The notes beneath the pieces are model-generated. The model saw only the letters and a list, made by a program, of their open reading frames with translations, did not search any database and had not been told where the DNA came from. A stretch of 32,000 bases of DNA, from assembly GCF_001457595.1 (NCBI RefSeq), contig NZ_LN831039.1, positions 3,510,001 to 3,542,000 on the forward strand, read 5' to 3'. Made by a program: the position numbers and the translations under genes. Origin of the DNA: Mycolicibacterium smegmatis (lineage in GTDB: Bacteria > Actinomycetota > Actinomycetes > Mycobacteriales > Mycobacteriaceae). The stretch's first letter is position 1. Each line of letters begins with the position of its first letter. Positions 24,777-32,000 of the stretch are shown here, in pieces.

Positions 24777-27002
24777 GTGATCACAGCAGCCGGCGAAAAG
24801 CCTTTGGTATCACACAGCAAAGACTCGGCGGAGACGCCCACTCTCGCCGAGAGCGTCTACCAGCGAATCCGGCGCAACATCCTCGAAGGCCGGATCATGC
24901 CGGGCACACGGGTGTCCATTCGTTCGCTCGCCGAATCGGTCGGAGTGTCGACGATGCCGACCCGCGAGGCGCTCAAACGTCTGAGCTTCGAGGGCCTGGT
25001 CGAGTACGACCGGCGCGCGGTCACGATAAGTACGTTGTCGCCGAAGGCCATTCGCGAACTTTTCACGATCCGCCTACGGCTTGAGCTGCTCGCGACCGAA
25101 TGGGCGCTGCCTCGGCTCGACGCCGAGACGACCGTGGCGTTGCGCTCGGTTCTCGACCGGATGATTGTCCCGGGAATCAGCGCCATCACCTGGCGCGAGC
25201 TCAACCGTGAGTTCCACCAGACGTTCTGCAGCTGCGGCGACAGCCGTTACCTTCTGGAACTGATCCACAACATCTGGGATCGCATCCAGCCGTACATGGC
25301 GATCTACGCGTCGGCGATGCACGACTTCACCGAAGCCGACCGTCAGCACGAGCACATGTATCAGCTGATGCTCGCACGAGACCTCGACGGCCTTCTCGAT
25401 GCCACGACCCGGCACCTCGAGCACACCGCAGAAGCCATCGTCAGCGCACTGGGCGCCGACACAACCACCGGCAGGGGGAACAACGTGAACTACGAGGAGC
25501 TTTCGATCAGCTCTTTCCACCGACTCGTCGAATCCGGCGGGGCCACCAGCGCCGATCTCACCGCCTGGTATTTGGATCGCATCGCAACACTCGACTCCAT
25601 CGACAATCCCGACGGTCCCCAGCTCAACTCGGTCGTGACCGTCAACCCCGCAGCGCTCGACGAAGCTCGCGCGCTCGACGAAAAGTACGCACGCACGGGC
25701 ACCCTCGTCGGCCCGTTGCACGGCGTGCCGATCCTGATCAAGGACCAGGGTGAAACCAAAGGTATCCCCACGGCATTCGGATCGACCGCGTTCGCGGACT
25801 ACATCCCGGATACCGATGCCACCGTGGTCGACCGCCTGCGCAGGGCCGGCGCGGTGATCCTCGGCAAGACCGCCATGTGCGACTTCGCCGCAGGATGGTT
25901 CTCCTTCTCCTCACGCACCGACCACACAAAGAACCCGTACGACCTCGATCGTGAGACCGGAGGCTCGAGCGCGGGCACCGCTGCGGCAGTGACCGCCAAC
26001 CTCTGCCTCGTCGGCATCGGAGAGGACACCGGCGGATCGATCCGCCTGCCGTCATCGTTCACAAACCTCTTCGGGCTGCGGGTCACCACCGGGCTGGTCT
26101 CCAGAACCGGGTTCTCGCCACTGGTGCACTTCCAGGACACCCCAGGACCCATGGCGCGCAACGTATCCGACCTTGCTGCGGTGCTGGACGTCATCGTCGG
26201 CTACGACCCCACCGACTCGTACACCGCACTGGCGACCTCCGGTCCCGAAGTCGGTGACTACGGTGAGGCCCTCGACGGCGTCGACGCCGACACGCTGTCC
26301 GGTTTCCGCGTCGGGGTACTGACCGACGCATTCGGGGCCGGCGACGACCAGGAACTGACGAACAGTGTCGTGCGCGCTGCCATCGATCGCCTACGACACC
26401 ACGGAACAGGCGTGGTCGACGGCATCGTGCTCGGCAATCTCGAAACCTGGGTGGCCGAGACCTCGCTGTACACCATCCAATCCAAGTTCGACCTCGAGAA
26501 GTTCCTGGGGTCCCGCAGGCACACAGGACCGACGACGATCCGCGAAATCGTCGATCACGGAGACTTCCACCCGCTCACCGACCTGTTGGCCGACATCGCC
26601 GACGGACCGTCAAACCCCGAAGATCATCCCGAGTACTTCAAGAAGCGGACGCGCCAGGAGGATTGGCGACGCACGTTGCTCGCGAAGATGGCCGAAGCCG
26701 AGATCGACTTCCTCGTCTACCCCACCGTTCAGGTGCCTGCACCGACCCGAGCCGATCTCGCCGCGAAACGCTGGACCGCACTGAACTTCCCCACCAACAC
26801 CATCATCGCGTCGCAGACGTCGTTGCCCGCGATGAGCATTCCCGTCGGCTTCACCGACTCAGGCTTGCCGGTGGGGCTGGAAGTCGTCGGACGACCGCTC
26901 ACCGAGCGTGCGCTCCTGCGGTTCGCGCGCGCCTGGGAACTGGCCGAGGCGCCCCGCCGCCAGCCCCAGATCGAGGCATCGAAAGCGCGGGTGACGATGT
27001 GA
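24777..27002 (+). CDS. GntR/FCD-family transcriptional regulator fused in one ORF to an amidase-signature enzyme
   Basis: Residues ~22-230: TLAESVYQRIRRNILEGRIMPGTRVSIRSLAESVGVSTMPTREALKRLSFEGLVEY (GntR wHTH) plus FCD helices (NREFHQTF, EHMYQLMLARD, TRHLEHT). From residue ~237: NYEELSISSFHRLVESGGATSADLTAWYLDRI...VGPLHGVPILIKDQGE...GGSSAGTAAAV...GEDTGGSIRLPSSFTNLFGLR, the amidase Lys/cis-Ser/Ser motifs. No stop codon between the parts. Confidence 0.85.
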   Translation: MITAAGEKPLVSHSKDSAETPTLAESVYQRIRRNILEGRIMPGTRVSIRSLAESVGVSTMPTREALKRLSFEGLVEYDRRAVTISTLSPKAIRELFTIRLRLELLATEWALPRLDAETTVALRSVLDRMIVPGISAITWRELNREFHQTFCSCGDSRYLLELIHNIWDRIQPYMAIYASAMHDFTEADRQHEHMYQLMLARDLDGLLDATTRHLEHTAEAIVSALGADTTTGRGNNVNYEELSISSFHRLVESGGATSADLTAWYLDRIATLDSIDNPDGPQLNSVVTVNPAALDEARALDEKYARTGTLVGPLHGVPILIKDQGETKGIPTAFGSTAFADYIPDTDATVVDRLRRAGAVILGKTAMCDFAAGWFSFSSRTDHTKNPYDLDRETGGSSAGTAAAVTANLCLVGIGEDTGGSIRLPSSFTNLFGLRVTTGLVSRTGFSPLVHFQDTPGPMARNVSDLAAVLDVIVGYDPTDSYTALATSGPEVGDYGEALDGVDADTLSGFRVGVLTDAFGAGDDQELTNSVVRAAIDRLRHHGTGVVDGIVLGNLETWVAETSLYTIQSKFDLEKFLGSRRHTGPTTIREIVDHGDFHPLTDLLADIADGPSNPEDHPEYFKKRTRQEDWRRTLLAKMAEAEIDFLVYPTVQVPAPTRADLAAKRWTALNFPTNTIIASQTSLPAMSIPVGFTDSGLPVGLEVVGRPLTERALLRFARAWELAEAPRRQPQIEASKARVTM
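25473..25487 (+). promoter_or_regulatory. Internal SD-like sequence AGGGGG and in-frame GTG (25485) for a possible standalone amidase
   Basis: AGGGGGAACAACGTG; the GTG is codon 237 of the long ORF and precedes the amidase domain. Confidence 0.5.
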
Positions 27003-27796
27003 CCGTCATCGACCTCAACGCCGACCTCGGGGAGAGCTTCGGCGTCTACACCTACGGTGCTGACGCCGAGATGATGCCGTTGATCACCTCGGCCAACATC
27101 GCCTGCGGTGGCCACGGCGGCGACCCGGCCGTCATGCGCACCAGCGTCGCGCTCGCCCACGCGCACGACGTGGCTGTCGGTGCCCACGTGGGGCTTCCGG
27201 ACCGCTTGGGGTTCGGCAGGAGAGAAATCCCGACGACCGCGCAGGAGGCGTACGACCTCTGTCTGTATCAGGTCGGTGCCCTGGACGGCTTCCTCCGCGC
27301 GCAGGGTACTGCCATGCAACATCTCAAACTGCACGGATCGCTCTACATGATGGCCAACCGGGACCGCGACCTCGCCGAAGCCGTGTGCGCTGCCGTCACC
27401 GCACTCGACCCTGCGTTGCTGATCTACGTGCTGCCAGGTTCCGCACTGCACACCACGGCCGTGGAGACCGGCCTGACGCCGGTGATCGAGATCTTCGCCG
27501 ACCGCCCGTACCGCGACGGCGTCGTCCAGATGTACGACCGCACGGCCGAACTCATCGGTGGCCCCGACCAGGTGGTCACGCGCACACTCTCACAGTTGGC
27601 GGCCATCAGCGAAACCACCGGCACCGATGTTCACCTGACCGTGTGCGTCCACAGCGACACCCCTGGCGCCCCTGCGCTACTCGCCGCGGTACGCAGCGCC
27701 CTCACCGCCGAGGGCCACACGTTCCGGTCGCCCACCGAACCGGCGTCAGCGACGACGCGAAAACCCATCCTGACCGCCGCCCTCGGCGGCGAATAG
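26999..27796 (+). CDS. LamB/YcsF family protein (PxpA-like, 5-oxoprolinase subunit A)
   Basis: VTVIDLNADLGESFGVYTYGADAEMMPLITSANIACGGHGGDP...VGAHVGLPDRLGFGRR...HLKLHGSLYM...FADRPYRDG; GTG start overlaps upstream stop. Confidence 0.92.
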   Translation: MTVIDLNADLGESFGVYTYGADAEMMPLITSANIACGGHGGDPAVMRTSVALAHAHDVAVGAHVGLPDRLGFGRREIPTTAQEAYDLCLYQVGALDGFLRAQGTAMQHLKLHGSLYMMANRDRDLAEAVCAAVTALDPALLIYVLPGSALHTTAVETGLTPVIEIFADRPYRDGVVQMYDRTAELIGGPDQVVTRTLSQLAAISETTGTDVHLTVCVHSDTPGAPALLAAVRSALTAEGHTFRSPTEPASATTRKPILTAALGGE

Positions 27797-27812
27797 TTCA
27801 GAAAGTCCGCTC

Positions 27813-29174
27813 ATGACAACATCCCGTCCCATCAGCGCCTCATCACACACACCGCCACGAGACGAACCACTGCACCTGGAATCGGAATTCGAAGACCAGC
27901 CGGTCCCGCAGTCACACCGGCGCTCCACGTTGTCGATCTCGGCCGTGTGGTTCGGCTTTCCCATGGTGCTCACGTGCGCCATCTTCGGCGGAACCATCGT
28001 CTACGGACTCGGTTTCTGGAAAGGCGTACTGGCGATCGTCGTCGGCAACGCCGTTCTGTTCGGCTACGTCGGCGCGCTGTCGTATCTCGCAGGCAAGACC
28101 GGCAAGAACTTCGCACTGAGCGCGGCCGAAACCTTCGGACAACACGGTTCGAAGATCGTCACCGGGTTTCTCGCCACCGTCGTGATCGGATGGTTCGCCT
28201 TCCAAACCGGGCTCACCGGAGCAACTCTCAACCTGTCCCTGGGCTGGAGCGAAACACTGATCGTGCTGATCGCCGGGCTCCTCTACATCGGGGTCACGTT
28301 CATCGGCATACGCGCGCTGACCGTCATCGGGATGATCGCCGCGCCACTGTTCATCGTGCTGGGCGTCACGGCCGTCTTCCTCGTCACCCGCGACGACGGT
28401 TGGGGCGCAATCGCCTCCTACGAAGGCGCCGGAACCGGTGCGACCGTGCTGTCGATCGGCGCCGCGGTGACCGTCGTGGTCGCCAGCTTCATCGACTCGG
28501 GCACCATGACCGCGGACTTCACCCGTTGGTCCAAAGGCGGAAAGGAAGCTGTCATCGCGGCTTTCAGCGCCTTCCCGGTCGCCAACCTCATCGCCATGCT
28601 CACCGGCGCGGTGATCGTTGCCGCAGGCGGCGCCCTCAACCCGGCCACCGACGGCGGCGACTTCCTGCCGATCCTCGTCGACCACGGCGCGATCCTGACG
28701 GTCCTCGCGGTGATTTTCGTGTTCGTCAACCTCGGATCCGTCTGCTCACACTGCCTGTACAACGGCGCCGTGGGGTGGAGTCAGCTCGTCGGCTCCAGGA
28801 TGCGCATCCTCACCCTCGTGCTGGGCGCCCTCGGATTGGCGATCGCACTGGCCGGAGTGTGGAGCCACTTCCCCACCTGGCTGAACCTCCTGGGCATCTT
28901 CGTCCCGTCGATCGGCGCCGTCGTGATCGTCGACCAGCTGCTTACGCGTCGCGCATGTTCGCGTAGGGCGGCAACGTTGCGGGCAGAGCCCTTCGCCGCC
29001 TGGATCATCGGCGCGGCCTGCGCGTACGCCACACATCACTGGGCTCCTCAGTTGAGCGAGGCCGTGGCCGGAATGGTCTGCGCCGCAGTCGCATACCTCC
29101 TGATCGACATGGTATCGGGTCGCCGGAGCTCCGCCGAGAACGCGGATTCCACGGTGAGCGAGGTGGTCGCATGA
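27813..29174 (+). CDS. NCS1-family permease (cytosine/purine/hydantoin-type, CodB-like)
   Basis: 12-TM profile; SAVWFGFPMVLTCAIFGGTIVYGLGFWKG...YVGALSYLAGKTGKNFALSAAETFG...DSGTMTADFTRWSKGGKEAV. Confidence 0.87.
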   Translation: MTTSRPISASSHTPPRDEPLHLESEFEDQPVPQSHRRSTLSISAVWFGFPMVLTCAIFGGTIVYGLGFWKGVLAIVVGNAVLFGYVGALSYLAGKTGKNFALSAAETFGQHGSKIVTGFLATVVIGWFAFQTGLTGATLNLSLGWSETLIVLIAGLLYIGVTFIGIRALTVIGMIAAPLFIVLGVTAVFLVTRDDGWGAIASYEGAGTGATVLSIGAAVTVVVASFIDSGTMTADFTRWSKGGKEAVIAAFSAFPVANLIAMLTGAVIVAAGGALNPATDGGDFLPILVDHGAILTVLAVIFVFVNLGSVCSHCLYNGAVGWSQLVGSRMRILTLVLGALGLAIALAGVWSHFPTWLNLLGIFVPSIGAVVIVDQLLTRRACSRRAATLRAEPFAAWIIGAACAYATHHWAPQLSEAVAGMVCAAVAYLLIDMVSGRRSSAENADSTVSEVVA

Positions 29175-30172
29175 CCGGGCTCGACGGATTGAACCCGACT
29201 CCGGGCGCACTCGTCCTGGGTCTCGTGCAGGCGCGAGTTCCGGTCATCAAAGAGCCCGGTGACCTCAAGTCGACGGCCGAACGTCTCGCGGGGATGGTCG
29301 TCGGCGCCAAGAAAGGCATGCCGTCGATCGACCTGGTGGTCATGCCCGAATACAGCATCAACGGCCTCGACCCCGACACCTGGCTCGACGACTCTCTGCT
29401 GTGCGACCGAAACGGACCGGAGATGACCCTGCTGGCCGATGCCTGTCGGGACGCCGGCGTCTGGGGATGCTTCTCGATCATGGAGCGCAATCCCGGTGGA
29501 GCACCGTGGAATTCCGGCATCATCATCGACGATCACGGTGAAGAGAGACTCTACTACCGGAAGATGCACCCGTGGGTGCCTGCCGAACCGTGGGCACCCG
29601 GCGACCTCGGCGTCCCCGTGTGCGACGGCCCTTCGGGGTCACGACTCGCGCTGATCATCTGCCACGACGGCATGCTGCCCGAGATGGCACGTGAGGCGGC
29701 ATACAAGGGCGCCAACGTGATCCTGCGCACGGCCGGCTACACCTATCCGATCCAGCACTCATGGCGGATCACCAACCAGACCAACGCCTTTCACAACTTA
29801 GCTTACACGGCGTCGGTTGCCTTAGCAGGTCCCGACCAGAACAACATCTGGTCGCAGGGCGAGGCGATGGTCTGCGATGTCGACGGCACGATCCTCGTGT
29901 CCGGAGACGGCACACCGGACCGGATCGTGACCGCCGAGGTCGTTCCCTCCCGCGCCGACGAGGCACGACGGACCTGGGGCGTGGAGAACAACATCTACCA
30001 ACTCGGCCACCGCGGATATACCGCCGTGACGGGTGGCGCCCAGGACTGCCCGTACACCTTCATGCAGGACCTGGTGGCCAGGACTTACCGGTTGCCATGG
30101 GAGGACGAGGTGCGGCACGTGGACGGCACGGGAGCGGGCTGGGGCGCGCCGGAGACCGTGCGGGCGAAGTAG
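29171..30172 (+). CDS. Nitrilase-superfamily formamidase (AmiF-like)
   Basis: Glu-Lys-Cys triad in VVMPEYSINGL, YYRKMHPWVPAEPWAPGDLGVPVCDGP, LIICHDGMLPEMAREAAYKGANVILR; closely resembles the Helicobacter AmiF pattern from memory (GVFSIMERNP.., WGLENNIYNLGHRGY). ATGA overlap with permease. Confidence 0.9.
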   Translation: MTGLDGLNPTPGALVLGLVQARVPVIKEPGDLKSTAERLAGMVVGAKKGMPSIDLVVMPEYSINGLDPDTWLDDSLLCDRNGPEMTLLADACRDAGVWGCFSIMERNPGGAPWNSGIIIDDHGEERLYYRKMHPWVPAEPWAPGDLGVPVCDGPSGSRLALIICHDGMLPEMAREAAYKGANVILRTAGYTYPIQHSWRITNQTNAFHNLAYTASVALAGPDQNNIWSQGEAMVCDVDGTILVSGDGTPDRIVTAEVVPSRADEARRTWGVENNIYQLGHRGYTAVTGGAQDCPYTFMQDLVARTYRLPWEDEVRHVDGTGAGWGAPETVRAK

Positions 30173-30206
30173 GCTCGTGCGCCTGACTCCGTGTGAATCT
30201 GCGCGC

Positions 30207-30225
30207 GGTCCGGGTTTGTCGGACC
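30207..30225 (+). terminator. Possible hairpin between operon and next gene: GGTCCG-ggtttgt-CGGACC
   Basis: 6-bp perfect stem, 7-nt loop, no U-tract. Confidence 0.3.
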
Positions 30226-30244
30226 CTTCTGCGATGATGGGGTC

Positions 30245-31483
30245 ATGACGTCGGCAGCGACTTCTCCTGCTGCTCAACCAACTCCGGTTGAGCGGTTGGA
30301 GGTGCTGTTCGATGCGTTGGCGGAGTTGACGGGTCAGCGTAATGCGATCGACGCGAAGATTGTGCAGATCGTGGCCGAGATCGATCGTGACGGGTTGTGG
30401 GGCGCCACGGGTGCCCGGTCGATTTCGGCGTTGGTGGCGTGGAAGACCGGAGCCTCGGAACGTAACGCCAAGGCGATCGCCGCGGTCGCACACCGCGCCG
30501 AGGAGTTTCCGCGGTGTGTGCAGGGTTTGGGTGAGGGGCGGCTGTCGTTGGATCAGGTCGGGGTGATCGCCGAGGGCGCAGCCGACGGATCCGATGAGCA
30601 TTACGCCGCATTGGCGTCGGTGGCCACGGTCAGCCAGTTGCGCAAAGCGATCAGCCTCGAACCCAAACCGGAACCCGAACCGAAACCTGAACCGCGGCGG
30701 TCGATCAGAACGAATCCGGGCGACGGGTACACGACGTACCACATCACGTTGCCGCGGTCGGAGGCGGCGAAGTTCGACACCGCGCTGGAGGCCAGCCACG
30801 AGGGGTTGATCGCCCGGTGGGAACGTGAGCAGGATCCCGGTGACCCGGCGGTGCCTATGCCCGATCATGTGGATGCGTTCATGGCTCTGGTCGAGACCGG
30901 CTGGGACCGCGAGGCCACCCGGCGCCCGCACGGTCAGCACACCGCGGTGGCGGTGCACGTGGATCTGAAGAGCAAGGTGGCCGCCCTGCATCTGGGGCCG
31001 CTACTCGGCGATGACGAGCGCCGCTTGCTGACCTGTGATGCGACTTGTGAGGTGTGGTTCGAACTCCGGGGCCGGGTGATCGGCACCGGGCGGGCCACCC
31101 GCACGGTCAACCGCCGGCTGCGCCGCGCCCTGGAGCATCGCGACCGGTGTTGTGTGGTGCCCGGATGCAGCGCAACCCGCGGTCTGCACGCCCACCACCT
31201 GGTTCACTGGGAAGACGGCGGACTGACCGAGATGGCCAATCTTGTGCTGCTGTGCCCCTATCACCACCGCGCGCATCATCGGGGCCTGATCACCATCACC
31301 GGACCGGCCGATCAGCTCACCGTCACCGACGACAGAGGCCGCTTGTTGACCAACCAGTCGCTGGCCCGCACCCCCACCACGCCACCGCCGACAGTCCCAC
31401 CGTGTCCGGGCCCGCTCGGCGAACGCGCCCAATGGTGGTGGTACCAACCCTTCGGACCCCAACCACCACCGTCAGCCAACTAG
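30245..31483 (+). CDS. DUF222 / HNH endonuclease-domain protein (13E12-repeat family)
   Basis: N-terminal VERLEVLFDALAELTGQRNAIDAKIVQIVAEIDRDGLW, C-terminal RDRCCVVPGCSATRGLHAHHLVHWEDGGLTEMANLVLLCPYHHRAHH. Confidence 0.9.
   Translation: MTSAATSPAAQPTPVERLEVLFDALAELTGQRNAIDAKIVQIVAEIDRDGLWGATGARSISALVAWKTGASERNAKAIAAVAHRAEEFPRCVQGLGEGRLSLDQVGVIAEGAADGSDEHYAALASVATVSQLRKAISLEPKPEPEPKPEPRRSIRTNPGDGYTTYHITLPRSEAAKFDTALEASHEGLIARWEREQDPGDPAVPMPDHVDAFMALVETGWDREATRRPHGQHTAVAVHVDLKSKVAALHLGPLLGDDERRLLTCDATCEVWFELRGRVIGTGRATRTVNRRLRRALEHRDRCCVVPGCSATRGLHAHHLVHWEDGGLTEMANLVLLCPYHHRAHHRGLITITGPADQLTVTDDRGRLLTNQSLARTPTTPPPTVPPCPGPLGERAQWWWYQPFGPQPPPSAN
30662..30694 (+). repeat. Short (K/E)P-encoding tandem repeat inside the DUF222-HNH gene
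   Basis: cccaaaccggaacccgaaccgaaacctgaaccg encodes PKPEPEPKPEP. Confidence 0.6.
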
Positions 31484-31596
31484 GTTGAGCGACGAGATGT
31501 CGCGCTCTCCTGACGCATCGGCGCGCCAGTCATCAGCCGTCGCGCCGCACTACGTGCACCGGCGGCCGGCATGACTGGTTGAGCGTCCGTCGGTGA

Positions 31597-32000
31597 TCAC
31601 GGGGCGCCACAATGTGTTTCCGCAACGTGCTTTTGCGCCCCTGCAGATGCGTGGCGTGCCCCCAGATCGGCGCGCTTCCGCGAAGACGATTCTCTCGACT
31701 CCCTCGACCTGATCAGAGTGCTTGCCGCAAAACCCGCAGCAATGTAAGCCGAGGCGATGACCGCTGCGACGACGGGGAGGCCGCTATCCCACGAAGCGTT
31801 GTACTCGACGATGAGCCCCACGATCGCAACACCGACCAGCACCCCCAACTGACGGTTGGCGTTCAAGATCGCGCCGGCGTGATTGGCGTGACGGTCGCCT
31901 GCGGCGGCGACCGTCGCGGCGGTCATGGACGCCGTGACAAGTCCCGCTCCACTGTTGGCGATCCCCAGCACGAGCGCGAGAAGCCAGTACGGCGTCTCCC
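31597..32000 (-). CDS. C-terminal part of an MFS (DHA2-like) transporter; start lies beyond the window
   Basis: NSGAGLVTASMTAATVAAAGDRHANHAGAILNANRQLGVLVGVAIVGLIVE...GFAASTLI, typical last helices of drug/H+ antiporters. Confidence 0.6.
   Translation of the reverse strand, partial: ETPYWLLALVLGIANSGAGLVTASMTAATVAAAGDRHANHAGAILNANRQLGVLVGVAIVGLIVEYNASWDSGLPVVAAVIASAYIAAGFAASTLIRSRESRESSSRKRADLGARHASAGAQKHVAETHCGAP

Noticed and set aside
27912-28966. 257- and 339-codon ORFs overlapping the NCS1 permease gene
   Set aside because: Both are alternative frames of a clear transmembrane protein; compositions are Asp/Glu/His- or Arg-rich without hydrophobic structure.
29822-30991. 389-codon minus-strand ORF spanning formamidase and DUF222-HNH genes
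   Set aside because: It crosses two well-supported genes and a gene boundary, and shows no recognisable domain.
31524-31578. CCAGTCAT ... ATGACTGG inverted repeat (8-bp arms, 39-bp loop) as a mobile-element end
   Set aside because: Arms are short, no transposase and no target duplication visible; more likely chance.
1-32000. CRISPR arrays, retron/DGR/toxin-antitoxin or phage defence islands
   Set aside because: No regularly spaced repeats, no reverse transcriptase or Cas-like ORF; the only nuclease-like gene is the common DUF222-HNH family.

Overview
This is a GC-rich actinobacterial window; gene content and style suggest Mycobacterium/Mycolicibacterium (inference). It is mostly dense, ordinary metabolic gene content. 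I see no CRISPR array, tRNA, rRNA or clear insertion element.

Three blocks stand out:
(1) About 7.2-20.8 kb holds a divergent catabolic cluster. The minus-strand arm is NDMA-type alcohol dehydrogenase, aldehyde dehydrogenase, MFS, SnoaL-like and NmrA-like genes. The plus-strand arm is a TPP enzyme, enoyl-CoA hydratase, CoA-transferase, a paired acyl-CoA dehydrogenase, cupin and SDR, followed by a convergent IclR regulator. The divergent control region carries two copies of a 14-bp palindrome (TACGTAATTACGTA and TATGTAATTACGTA). A third, 12/14 copy lies just upstream of the IclR gene.
(2) About 24.8-30.2 kb holds a compact, overlapping operon. It starts with a single 741-codon ORF that reads a GntR/FCD transcription factor directly into an amidase-signature enzyme. 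It continues with a LamB/YcsF (PxpA-like) protein, an NCS1 permease and a formamidase-like enzyme. The fusion joint lies at a G5 run followed by an SD-like sequence and GTGA, so the sequence supports a real fusion, a recent single-base frameshift of two coupled genes, or dual-product expression.
(3) At 6.37-6.41 kb a perfect 13-bp inverted repeat is embedded in a near-consensus promoter of a probably leaderless ArsR-type regulator, followed by a degraded SRPBCC/AHSA1 remnant.

All functional calls come from reading motifs in the translations; no database searches were run.
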